The notes beneath the pieces are model-generated. The model was not told the DNA's origin, did not search any database, and saw only the letters and a program-made list of their open reading frames with translations. From positions 18,724,001 to 18,788,000 of the forward strand of contig NC_092674.1 in NCBI RefSeq assembly GCF_964355755.1: a stretch of DNA of 64,000 bases, written 5' to 3'. This document shows, in pieces, positions 50,000 to 62,206 of the stretch. Position 1 is the first letter of the stretch, and each line of letters opens with the position of its first letter. A program made the position numbers and the translations under genes. The stretch comes from Antedon mediterranea. Taxonomy: Eukaryota; Animalia; Echinodermata.

Positions 50000-52592
50000 T
50001 TACATATACCCAAAGGTATCACTTAAAAAGGCCATGTCAAAGTGATTAAACAGAATGTCATTAGGTGGCAAATGACCAGTCATTATGGTTAGTTGATTGA
50101 TACAGGTATTGCTAACCGGATACCAACTGTGCTGCATTTCCCTGAATGCAATACTTGGTGAGCATGAGAACCCCAAGAGCGGTTCACTCAATGCTCCCGT
50201 ACAAAATTGCATTATTCTACCAAGATCTAAACCATCTCGTCTGCCAGCTAAAAGAATAAAAAGGAAATATTGTTAGTGGTAGCCTTGGCTGTAATGTGTG
50301 TATGAGTAATTCATAAAAATAAAATACAATAATGATACTGTAACACAAATTGGACAAATTAACTCAACTACAAAATAACCTAACCTGCAATTTCTCTTAG
50401 ATATGCAGTCAACCTTTTGTATGCCTCTTCTTGCTGCATTCTAGAGTTCGAACCAGCTTCATCGAACTCTGGTTGCAGTAAGTGAGTGATTCGCCTAAAA
50501 TTCAGAGTTTCGGGCATCGAAATTTTTAACAGATAAGCTAAAGTTGGCCTTTTACGAAGCAACTGAAAAATAAAAATACATAACTATAATAGTTGTTAAC
50601 CAAACTCGATGACTTCAAAACATATAAAACTTTTAAAATACTTCAGGGTTGCAATTTCATTAATACTGTTGGTTGATATTATGGTTCATTATGATCATAC
50701 ATATTGTCCATCAGTCTGCATTCTTCATTATTGCATTAACTCTTTACCATCTTTTTTAAATAATAATAAATCTTCAATTGAGAACAACATTGACAAAACA
50801 AACTTGTTATTTCACAACAATAAAGCCTCTCAGTTTTATTTGCTTAAAGCCTCTCAGTTTTATTTGCTTAATACTTTAAACAATGAGTTGAAGTTTTTAT
50901 GACACTGTGTCCTTAAATGTATTGTTAGAGCAGGGGCATGCATTCACTTTCAGTCTTATATCCTATTTAATAATATACCAATATGTACCTCAATTAATCC
51001 AAAACTGTCTAATCCTTTTAAGAAATTGTCTTCTACATTGCTTGGGGCATGTTGCCCCAACATCACTGCCATCAATTTCTCACCAACAAGTGACGGTGTT
51101 GGCCCGTTTTGAACAAGGCAAAGTCCTAAAATAACAAAGTAGAAAAAATTAATTGTTATAAAATGTCACTTTCACACTTTGTAACCAGGACTCAAATTCA
51201 GTAAACAATAAAAAATCTGATTATGAAACTTTTAGATGCAGTAATATAAAAAAATACAAAGTATACACATACCCATAACTAAACCCATACAGTAATACAG
51301 ATTTAGGTTATTGAAAACATCATTGTTTATTAGTTCACCATTTTTATCCAGAAGTCGATCTTGACAGCCTGCTAACATTTTTCTCAAAAACTCCCTTCGG
51401 GGGCCTCCAAGGTCCACAGCCTTTTCCCCCAAAAACTCCACCTCCAAAGGTACAGTAAAGTTAGGAGTTGTTTCTCTACACAGTTCTGAAACCCCATCTT
51501 CAAAAAGAGTGTGGCTGAAGAGCAATAACAATTATATAATCTGTTATATACGCCTCTGTTAATTTGCACATACAGAAGTACTAAAATTTAATCATACTTG
51601 TCAAGATCATTTATCTGGTCTAATTATTATACTGTTACGTAAATTAAGAGTATTGTTCATTTCTCTCTTTCTTGTAATACAAAACCAAAACGTACAAAAA
51701 CAAAATAAGGCCATAGTGAATGTTGTCCGTCAGTGTAATATATTTTGTTTATACCCTATTTGGTAATTTGAAATGAAACCAATGTATTGCATTGATTATG
51801 AGTATAGTTATTACAAATATTATAATATATTATAATCAAAATAATGATGTCAATTTTGTATTTTCAGAAGTTTTTGATTTAATTTGCATTTGATTTTAAA
51901 GGAAATAATAAATTAAAAACATTTAAACAATATTAGTAGTTGTTTATGTTTGTCACAGTGAGATACATTTTCTTGGTGTGACTTGAAATGCATATTAAGA
52001 CAACGCAGTGTTCTCTCAAATTAAAGCCAATTGAGTTCATAATCAAATACTACAGAATTCTAGGTGAAAGGTTGTATTTAATATATTGTATTTGATATTG
52101 TATTGTATGTTGGGGCAACTTTTTCTCATTGTCACAGATTTCCTCATCTTTATCGTTTTAAAATAATTAATTAAATTTCAAGATATCACCGGGCGGTTAA
52201 GAATTAATGTTCTTTACCTGATGTGTTTATGTATTTAAAAGTATCTCTTCGGAGATCCCGCTTTGTGAATAAAAATACTGAAAGATGAGGGCGTATCAAT
52301 TTGATCTCTGGTGCGCATGCGTACAATTGAGGGACTAGTGTTGATCCACCGTACCACGTCGAGAATGTTAAAGAGTCGCTATCCAATCGAGTTCAAACAA
52401 TACCATGAAAGCCCCAGTGGTCTAATGGTTAGGACAGCTTCATATCAAGCAGACGGTCCGTGTTCGAGTCTCGGTTCAGGCGACTCTTTCTCATTCTCAC
52501 AGATTTCCTCATCTTTATCGTTTGAAAGTATTTAATTAAATTTCAGTATATCACCGGGCGGTATAGAGTTAATGTTCTTTGCCCGATGTGGT

Positions 52593-52636
<44 letters not shown>

Positions 52637-55600
52637 CTATGCCTGTTGTGGTTTGAATTATGCAGAAACCCATTTTTAGGTTATTGAAATTGAACTTGTT
52701 TTCAATTGTAGAGTGTATATTATTTGATTTTTACTAAAACCACTATATGATTATTGAAAGTATGTTTTTTAAACATAAGTTATAAATCTTACCGCGAGAC
52801 AAATATAGGATATGTTACACCCTCTATAGTGTCTTCGGCAGATTGGAGGTCCAAAGGACGGCCATGAAGAAGTGATTCCTGGAATTGTTTTAATATCTGT
52901 ACAGGGTTGTCAAGATCCGTTCTAATTGAATTGAATACAAAAAAATAGAATAATGTAAACTTAATTTAATACAGTACAACCTCTATTAAGGAGAAACTTA
53001 CAGGAACCCAAAATATTGTCCTCTAAATAGGTCTGTCTAAATACTGACATTTTTCCTGGTTTTGCATGAAAAAAAAACAAAACCAAAATCAATTTACACT
53101 TTAGTAGCCTCTATTAAAAATTAACACTATGCGGTTGCAATGTGCACGGCGGTTAGAATTTCATTCTACAGGAACTGGGTTTTACTATACAAGTTTTTTA
53201 AATGAAAATTTTACATGATTTTGGCAAAAAAATCTGAGTGTTGTAGCAGCAGTAGTGTACAAACAAAACCATACTGTAGGTCTACCACAAATGAGAACTG
53301 TCATACAATTGGATGAAAAAATCTGGAAGAAGTATCATAATTTTTTAAGTATTATTAACCATAATTATTTTGGTCTTTTTTGTTTTTGTGATAAGGACAA
53401 ATACAGTATTGTCTTAACTTTGCTGTCATGTTAAAACATATATTTCCCTTTGTTTCAGGGGAAAATGTCCTCTTAGCCTAATATGAGGTTCTACTGTACT
53501 CTAATGATAAAAAAATACTTGTTAATTACAATAATGTAATGTCAAATCAAGAAATTAATAAACAATTGGTCTAACTAAGCTAAATAATGAAACTTACGTC
53601 AACTCCAAGGTTTTTTCAATCGCTTCACCAACACCTTCCATTCGTGTTTCAGACCTACAAGTACAAAAAAAATCACACACCAAATGTTAATTAATGTAAA
53701 AAATAGAGGTAACTTTAAGTTTAATCTTTACATATTCAAACATCAAATTTACTTTGAACTTCTAAATTAAAATAAATCACTTGTTAATGTGAAATATTGT
53801 ATTAAAAAAAACATTACCTGTTTATATCTGAACTGTTGATCGCCAGCAGATCTTCCATTTGACGGATGGTCTATAAGCACAATATAAGAATATTATTGTA
53901 ACCTACTGACTTACTAATTGCTGAATGCACAATATGTTACTACTAAGCCTATTATTTCATCAGATACTTTATGGAGTTTTGAAAATGTACCAGTGTAGGA
54001 CTCAATACATTAAATCCATTAAAAGAGTTTTTTTAGTGCTTTTTATTTCACCTTAATTTAGCCAATGGATCAAATCTTCATTTCATGAGTTTTGCTTAGA
54101 TTTGGTACACAAAAAGCCCCTAAGCGGAAACATCAGAATTCAAACTTTTGTGTAATCATGAGATATAAAAGCTACTAAATTTACTTATTAATTTTAGAAT
54201 CTCAATCAAAAATCCATACTTTCATTGTGGCTTAATTTTAGCTATAAAATATTAATTGTTGGATATGATATCACAAGGAGAATTTAAAATTTAGCTGGAT
54301 TGTAATAAAAATCATATACTGGATTGAAACTTCTTGACCAATGTTACGCGAAATGTAGTTTTCAATATCTTAACTTTATTATAGCAACCAATATTATATG
54401 TATTATAGTTATACAGTACAGTATGTCAACACAGAATGTAGTATGAAATTCGATTTAAATATCTATTATTTTTCCACATTTTTATCAAGGTGATATTAGT
54501 TTACGGACAAAAACTCACCAGTTCATCAGTTGTTGGATTGAAAACATCCAGATTTATTTCTTCCACCGTTTCTTGTATGTAATCAATGTTACCCGGGCCA
54601 ACATCTCCATGATGATTGGTCACAGGTTCATGTCTTGAATCACCCTTGCACATATTCACATGATCTCGAAGCTTCCAAACATCGATCTCTAACCCACAAG
54701 TATAACATTTTTCTTTTATTATTGGTCTTTCTTTCTCATTTACTTGCTCTGTCGACAAGTTCACCTGAATTGGTCGCAAGTATATTTTGGACTGGGGTCC
54801 AACACATGCTTTCAGCTCTGAAACACTCCATCCGCAATCTACATTAACCAATCTTTTAAAACCTTTAAAATAAAATTATATATATATATTATTATTATAA
54901 AAATTATAAAATAATACTTTTACTAATAAATGTACTACATTGCAAATAGATAGGTACTGTATGTGTGACAATATGAGAATAAAATGTGAGAAAAGAGTTA
55001 TTAAGAATAACTTTAAATTTATTCTTGATGACAATTTAATAATAGTGAAATAAAAGCATGACAATTTTGAAGATTAAGTTGGACAGATTTGATTTTGTTA
55101 ATTAATAATATATAATTTGACTCTGTTATCTATATAAATTTGTATTTTAGGGTTATTTTATAAGTAAAATATTATAAAATGTTTGAAAAATACATTTCAT
55201 TATACATATTTTGACAAACAAAATTACAAGTTAAAAAAGTATTTCCTACCTGTTCCTGAAGATCTTAGCATTTCAAAACCTCCACAGTCTCGCAACTGTG
55301 GAAAGCCAATAATTCCTTCAATTCCTTCTTCTCCAGAAGTTATTTCCTCAACCATCTGTTTTCCTTCACTATCTGCACTTAGATGAATTTTCTTATAACC
55401 CAACCCAGCCTTTCGTAAGCATTCTTTTTCAGTTGCACCTGGTGAATAGATGGTGTCTTTGTCAGCCAAACATACAAAATTCCCTGTCCATGTGCGTTTA
55501 ACTTTCTTCGATTTATTTCCTTGAGTTTGACCAGACCGTTGTGTATTCATTCTGGGACGAAACAAAAAGTTTCTTTCAAGCTGTACATTACTCCTACATG

Positions 55601-55823
55601 TCTCACCCCCAGATGCACCACTTCCGGATGTCACACCACTACTGCTAATACTAAACGCTTCTTTACACAACTCTCTTATTCTTATCCGATCACCAATTGT
55701 ATTCACCCCAAGTCGTAGTAATTGAATATCTGTCATTTGCTCAACAGTTTCCGGCTCTACTTTTTCTTTTACAAATCTTTCCAGCAATGTGGACATATTT
55801 AGCTTTTTCAAAATTTCATCCAT
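50000..55823 (-). CDS. SAM - zinc finger - HECT E3 ubiquitin ligase, 9 coding exons, 653 aa
   Basis: Hand-spliced GT-AG exons: 55823-55250, 54862-54519, 53870-53818, 53654-53598, 52921-52793, 51514-51273, 51125-50989, 50562-50385, 50247-50000. They total 1962 nt, all phases are compatible, and no stop was seen. Motifs: N-terminal SAM-like; CYTC...HVNMC finger; HECT motifs VEFLGEKAVDLGGPRREF and QFCTG; catalytic PVSNTC; and Phe at -4 (FGYM*). Confidence 0.9.
52411..52482 (+). ncRNA. tRNA-derived sequence (SINE head or tRNA pseudogene) in a HECT gene intron
   Basis: A box TGGTCTAATGG and B box GTTCGAGTC at tRNA spacing, with poorly paired stems. It lies between ~110-bp direct repeats and before a (TA)n tract. 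Confidence 0.7.
52972..53496. mobile_element. Tc1/mariner-pogo type MITE in a HECT gene intron
   Basis: TA|CAGTACAACCTC ... GAGGTTCTACTG|TA. Confidence 0.7.
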
Positions 55824-56146
55824 CTTTTGAGTAAAAAGAAAAAAAAATTAAATCATAATATACCTTTTTTATAAATCATACAATTGTTTGACCCCAAAAA
55901 CATGAAAAATGAAGATTAATAAAATCAGAGTTTTAAATAGGCCATTTTGCAGTTTTAATCAAGTTGTTCTGTTCTTATTTTTTTAATGTCATTTTATTGT
56001 CATATGATACCACACCAATCTAGGCTATTTTACTAAAGGCTATCTTATTACAAGGTGAAAATATTTGAAAATATATCAGCTCAGAGCCATATAAAGAGTT
56101 ATGGCATTGTGTTCACAGATTTTAGAAAGTCACGTGTGGTGCACAC

Positions 56147-56660
56147 CAGCCATTTTTGTGTCCAAATATGCCTTTGTAGAGTATGGAGTCGAATCCTTTG
56201 CTTTAAAAATATATAATGTTCACAAGTCTTAATAACTACCGAATTTAATATCAAAACAATCAGTTTGTTTAAAGGTTTTTGTTGGGATAATAAAGTTATA
56301 AAGTTACTGCAAACATGATTTTAAACAACAAAATGTAAAAACAATGCATTACTATAGAGAATCGCTGTATAAACTAAACGCGCACACGTAGAGCGTGCAT
56401 GGAGCGCGCACAGCAACATATTGCACGCATTTTGAAATTAAAGCTATTGTATTGTTGTTTAAAATAATTTTCGCAGTAACTTTATAATTTCCTTTATTTT
56501 CCCAACAAAAAATTTCCTTTATTATCATAACAAAAACTTTTAAACAAACTTGATTGCTTTGATAATAGATTTGATAGCCTTTTGAATGTTATACATTTTT
56601 AAAACAAAGGACTCAACTTCATACACTACATATAGGAATAGTTGGACACAAAAATGGCTG
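56147..56660. mobile_element. Palindromic MITE-like element
   Basis: CAGCCATTTTTGTGTCCAA / TTGGACACAAAAATGGCTG, with imperfect inverted similarity over about 200 bp per arm. Confidence 0.7.
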
Positions 56661-57398
56661 CTAATCCAATCAAATCGTCACTCTCTAATACAAGGACACC
56701 CTCAACCAATAAAATTTACTTTTAACTTTTTTTTGTGTAGTAGTATACCTCTTCATAGCTAGCCTAATGTACCTAGGGCCTACCACTTAAAAAAAGTAAT
56801 CAACATTTTTTGGCAGAAAATTATTTCTTTTATAAGTTAATAAAAAAGAAAGGTTTCATGTTATTTAGTTTACCATTGTTTAATAATAATAATTATACAG
56901 ATTTTACAAAATAAATGAGAAACCCTGAAACAGACCCTGTTCTAGAATTTAGCCTGCAATAATCCCACTCCACTGAATTGACTATTTTTGAAGTTTAAAA
57001 AAATCTCCATTTCTGGCCCTAGTAGTAGTTGTTTGTAGTATCCCCCTCCCCCCCCCCCCCCCCCCGTGTAGTAGCTGTAATATAGTAAACTACTACTCTA
57101 GGAATAGGGCCTAGCCTAGTGTGTTTGTTGCGTATACATTAGGTAACCTAGCTAGACCTAGGCAGTAGTATTAGGTAGGGCCTACTAATGTATACTAGCC
57201 TAGGCTACTTTATACTATACAATTAGCCTAGGATGCCTAGGTAAGCCTAGCCTAGGCATGCCATAGAGATTTTCTAAAAAGTTAACCAATAAATAGCAAC
57301 ATCTAAGCCTAGGCCCGGCCCTAGGCTATATTCATATCGTTATTATATTAGGTGATTACAAATTTATAAATTACTTTTTAAACAACCATTATTCTTAC

Positions 57399-57566
57399 CT
57401 TGTTGCGGTACGCACATACGACAAAGACAAGCAAAAGACCACGCAATGTATTATTATTAGGCTAGTAGAACTCTGCTGATCCTTTCTAACTAGGTCTCTC
57501 CTCGATCCTCTCCTCCTCCTGATGTGGTAGAGAGAGCTTGACCACGCTGCAGCTCACACGTGACAG
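57399..57566. promoter_or_regulatory. Putative compact bidirectional promoter and first non-coding exons
   Basis: Outward-facing splice donors: AAG|GTAAGA on minus (57399/57398) and CAG|GTAACG on plus (57566/57567). Matching acceptors lie directly before ATG 55823 and at 57846. A CACGTG E-box and a pyrimidine tract lie between the donors. Confidence 0.55.
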
Positions 57567-57918
57567 GTAACGCGCGCAACCAATAACCGCAAAAAAACAT
57601 AATCATTAGATAAGTTTATAACATTATAAAATAAACGCACTTAATATGGTTGTGTTATTAAATAAAAGATGTGTGTATTTACACACTAATAATTCGTCAA
57701 AAATATGAAACATACAAACAGTGAATATATTTAACATATTTTTTTAAATATAAATAATAAAGTTCTGTTACATTTATTATATTATGTCTGTTAACTTGTT
57801 TATACTGTAACTGTTTGCAAATATTATTTCATACGGTATTCAACAGGTTGGAGTGTGACACCTGGTGGAATGGGACGGAAGGGATGAGTTTATTGTGGTT
57901 CTGTCTATTTTTTGCACC

Positions 57919-59304
57919 ATGGAACTCCACTATTCCGAAATGGCCAACATATTAAATAATCTAGATCTTACGAATTTAATTGAAGCATTTCAAAATGAGA
58001 AGATTACTCCAGATATTGTATGTAAGTTATCCAGTCTTGAATTACACTCTCTGGGCGTGCTCAATACAAGGGACATTATGGCGTTGCGGATACTTTGCAC
58101 AACATATGGGACACAATCGCCTGTGAAAGTATATTCCGGGTATGGTTCACCACAGTTTGATATACCAAAAGACATCCTTCAAAATCATTTAGAAGAAGGG
58201 TTCTTGATATCGGAAATTTCGTCAATGTTATGTGTATCACAGAGTACTATATACCGTAGAATGCGGATTTTTGGACTAAGTAAAATGAATTTTACGTCCA
58301 TTACTGACAATGAACTGGATTTACATATCCATGCATTAACAGAAGAATATCCATGTTGTGGAGAAAATATGTTGAAGTATCTCCTGTATGAGAAAAGTAC
58401 AATCAAAGTACAAAGGATGAGACTTCGTGATAGTATCCACAGAGTGAATAAAGACGGTATAGAAGAAAGAAGGAAACAAAGATTACGTCGTCGTGTATAC
58501 AATGTGAAAGGACCGAACCATCTTTGGCATGTGGATACCAACCACAAACTAATTCGATGGCGGTTCATCATATTTGGTGGCATTGATGGATTCAGTCGTT
58601 TGCCAGTAGTTTTAGAATGCCTGAACAATAACAAGTCATCGACGCTCTTAACATGTTTTAAGACCGCTGCCAACATATACGGTGTCCCTAACAGAGTGCG
58701 CTGTGACAAAGGTATGGAAAACATTGAAATAGCAGAATTTATGATACAGCAAAGAGGAACAAACCGAGGCAGCATAATAACAGGTAGAAGTGTTCACAAC
58801 CAGCGAATAGAACGTCTATGGCGAGATGTATATGAAGGGGTTCTCTCATTCTTCCACCAACTGTTTTATTTCATGGAGGATGAGGGTATTTTGGACCCTT
58901 TCAATGAAATTCATCTTTTCGCTCTTCATTACGTGTATTCTCTTAAAATAAATGATAAGTTAACAATTTGGCGAAACGCCTGGTCAAACCACAGGATACG
59001 CACGGTACGGTCTTCTCCTCTTCGCTTATGGACATCTGGACAATTACAAAACCCAATTGGTGTTGAACTACCAGCAGACGATATTTCCAGCTATGGTATT
59101 GAAGGCAATGTTTTTAATGATGATGTAGACAGCACCGACACTAGACCAATACTACAACCACTTTCATTTGAACTAAGTGAACAATGCTTGGAGGACCTTG
59201 AGTATCACTTACCAGCTACTCAAGTATCGCGGCATAATCACAGTATTGATTCATACTTGAAAGTCTTACAAATCATTAGTAATCACACTAGAGATGACGG
59301 TTAA
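57919..59304 (+). CDS. SAM - HTH - DDE integrase-like transposase (IS3/IS481-like core; possibly IS3EU group)
   Basis: Intact ORF with ATG at 57919 or 57940. It has a SAM-like N-terminus, an HTH (ISEISSMLCVSQSTIYRRM), and catalytic D (WHVDTNHKL), D (RCDKGMEN) and E (NQRIERLWRD). No gag, RT or LTR is nearby. Confidence 0.92.
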   Translation: MELHYSEMANILNNLDLTNLIEAFQNEKITPDIVCKLSSLELHSLGVLNTRDIMALRILCTTYGTQSPVKVYSGYGSPQFDIPKDILQNHLEEGFLISEISSMLCVSQSTIYRRMRIFGLSKMNFTSITDNELDLHIHALTEEYPCCGENMLKYLLYEKSTIKVQRMRLRDSIHRVNKDGIEERRKQRLRRRVYNVKGPNHLWHVDTNHKLIRWRFIIFGGIDGFSRLPVVLECLNNNKSSTLLTCFKTAANIYGVPNRVRCDKGMENIEIAEFMIQQRGTNRGSIITGRSVHNQRIERLWRDVYEGVLSFFHQLFYFMEDEGILDPFNEIHLFALHYVYSLKINDKLTIWRNAWSNHRIRTVRSSPLRLWTSGQLQNPIGVELPADDISSYGIEGNVFNDDVDSTDTRPILQPLSFELSEQCLEDLEYHLPATQVSRHNHSIDSYLKVLQIISNHTRDDG

Positions 59305-59639
59305 AAAATCATCTGTATAACTGTTATTCTAATCACTGATTTAAATATATAGTTGCTTCAATGTTGTATTTTGGTGCTTCATAAAAAATATTTCTTGTTG
59401 TTACCGGTATTTCTGCACACAAACTACAAGCATGTTTTATTTTATTTTCGGTGTATATTTTAATTTTTAACAGATTAGATATAAAATACTAAAATTTGGT
59501 TTTTAAAAAAGAATATTAGAGATCTAAAAGGGGGATGAAAATAATTTGTTAGGAATTATTTATTAAATTTCATTTGACTAAAAACTCCCTTCAACTACCA
59601 ATCGATAATTATTATAAATACAAAATTATTTAATTTTTG

Positions 59640-59960
59640 CAAGTAAAGAATATTTTGTTCATGATAAAGTTTATAAAAAGGTTAAATTACGTTTAAGAGA
59701 TATTGAAAGACAGATTTTTTAGTAAATGTAAACCAGATTGCTTTAGAAAAAATAATATTAAAGAAATTAAAACAAAACAAATTATAACTGAGTTTATATA
59801 TTATATATAAAAAAAGGACGCTGGATAAGAACACTAAAAGCATTTTCAAAGTATGTAATTATAATTTAGTAGAAAACGAGTTTCATTTTGTATTACACTA
59901 TCCATTATTTGTATAATAATTTAAGAAAACAATTACTTCCATTGTTTTACGTTAAATTCC
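59640..59960 (+). pseudogene. Highly degraded LINE ORF2 C-terminus
   Basis: VENEFHFVLHYP...NLRKQLLP resembles the ExExHFxxxCP C-terminal motif of LINE ORF2 proteins. Confidence 0.45.
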
Positions 59961-60233
59961 TCAGTTGAAACATTTAATTTATTAATGTCAAGTAAAAAAT
60001 ATGATATTGTTATCTTACAAGGTTTATTTACATTGCTTATTAAATTAGAAGGCATTAACACACACAGCAGTTTATTTCATTGCTAATTATTTATAATGTT
60101 CAACATTTGGATGAATATCATCGGCTGTTTATAAAGTGATACGAAAACCGAAAAATTATGAATTCATGTCTACAATTCGAAAGCAGTCTTCAAATTATAA
60201 AATGGTGGTAACATTGACATCAATAACCACATT

Positions 60234-62206
60234 CAATTCAATTCAATTCAATTTCTTTTTATTTCGGAAATATCATCCATATTAATAAACGTATAAACAG
60301 AAAAAAAAGAATAAATAAAAAATCGTAAACTCTAAACTTAAGTATATAGAATGCTTCTCCATCTACAATACATTTTGGAGTTATGGGGCATATTTTTGCA
60401 AACACAAGCAACAAGGATGTTACCACTATTCAACATACGTTGCATAAAACCATAGGTAGATAATCGCATGTAGGCCTACTCATTAAAGGAAGGGACACCG
60501 TGTTCAATAAACATTGCACTGGCACTACTACTTCTGGAGACATTAAGTATACGGCGCAGAGCATTATTGTAACATACATTAAGAGATCTAATATTCTTCA
60601 TACGATAGTTAAACCAAAGGGCTGCACAATACATATTAATACAGTAACATCTAAAGAGACAACATTTCACATTGGTAGAGCATTTCATAAATTTGCGATT
60701 GAGTGAGTTGCTTTTAATACATAAAGATCTGTACTGACTTTGAATGTCAGCCTCATCACTGCAATCACACATAAGAATATGACCAAGGTAGGTTTTTACC
60801 AAAAAGTTTAGTAATAGAATTACCTTCAAGTTTGCAAGTACGAGGACACAAACACTAACAACAAGATTTCTTATCATTAAATAAAACATCATTCTCTTGC
60901 GAAAACTCTTCACAAACATGTACCAATTGCTGGAGACCAGCAACTGATGGGGCAAGTAGAACAAGATCATCCGCATAACTAAGATGATTCAAGATAATGT
61001 TTCTACATTGGCAACCCTGGCACAAACCACTTAAACCACTCTACAATTAAGAGTACTAATATATATGTTATAAAGGAGAGGGGACATAACCCCACCCTGT
61101 CTAACTCCATTAGATACTGTAAATGCATTTGAAACAGAGTTTCTCCAACGTATCACAAAACTCTGTTTCTCATGCCAACATTTGAGCAATTTAACAATAC
61201 AAAGATTAATACCATTGTTAATGAGCTTATTATAAAGAGTCCAGTGATTGACTCGATCAAAAGCCTTACTGGCATCTAGAAAGCAGGCAAAAACTGGACT
61301 ACCATTTCTATTGTAGTAGTCAATTACATGTTTTAATACAAAGATACACGTATCAGTTGAGTGCTTCGCTTTAAATGCAAATTGGTAGTCATTGGATTCC
61401 AGTGAGTTACCGCAATGACTGATCAAAATAGATTCAAACACCTTAGATAATACAGACGCTAAAGCAATAGGTCTATAATTATTCTTATTAGTAATATCAA
61501 CTGATTTACTCTTAACAATCGGCACTAGAATAACTTTAACAAGATCTTTAGTTACATGACCATGACACAGCATAGCATTAAAGCATAAACTCAATAGGAT
61601 ATGAAGTCGTTTACTACCATATTTAAGATGTTCACCACCCAAACCATCAAGTCCGGGTGATTTTCCTACAGAAAGTTTATCAATGCAATTAGATACAAGA
61701 TCAGGAGTGACATTAATACCAATCTCAGGCGGACAGTATTCTAGAGTCTCCTCTACAAATGCTTTATGAGTCGTGTTATTCACACAGTTAAACAAATTCT
61801 CATAATGTTTGGCCCAATGGTTACATTATGTTGTATTCACCACTAACATTATCAATAACTTCAGAGGTATTAGCTCTAGTATCATTCATATGCTTAACAC
61901 CTTCCCAAAAACCTTTGTAGTCTCTATTACTGTAAGACTGAGCTAATTTATCAGCTCTCAGTTGTTGATCATTCTGTTTACACGTGCGTAACGCCAACTT
62001 AAAACGAGAACGAGACATTTTCATAGAATGAAACAAGGGCCCATTCCTGGGTTTGCCGTTAGTTCTCCATAATAAGAAGGCTTCACGAGCAACAGAATGC
62101 AGATCAGAAACATAATCATTCCAGCCTGGCACAACATTATGTGACTTAGACCTAGTGGGCTTCAAACATTCACTAGATGCACGTTTTAGGCAAGCAACAA
62201 TATTGT
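60234..62206 (-). mobile_element. 5'-truncated RTE/RTEX-like LINE
   Basis: RT motifs NYRPIAL, LDASKAFDRV, GVRQGGVMSPLLY and YADD, with frameshifts. It has a (TTGAA)n tail at about 60234-60253 and a candidate TSD CACATT (60228-60233 and 62207-62212). Confidence 0.92.

Noticed and set aside
52411-52482. Functional tRNA gene
   Set aside because: The acceptor and anticodon stems pair poorly and the sequence is embedded in a repeat unit.
57865-57918. GTG-initiated N-terminal extension of the transposase
   Set aside because: In a eukaryotic context, ATG 57919 or 57940 is more plausible, and 57940 aligns with the ligase start.
58185-58775. 196-aa antisense ORF, and similar ORFs overlapping LINE and Gypsy genes
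   Set aside because: These are shadow frames of real coding sequence with no motifs of their own.
44538-59473. CACTGTTAAAAA at 44540 and TTTTTAACAG at ~59464-59473 as TIRs of the ligase-transposase element
   Set aside because: Only about 10 AT-rich bases match, the subterminal repeats are absent on the right, and there is no TSD.
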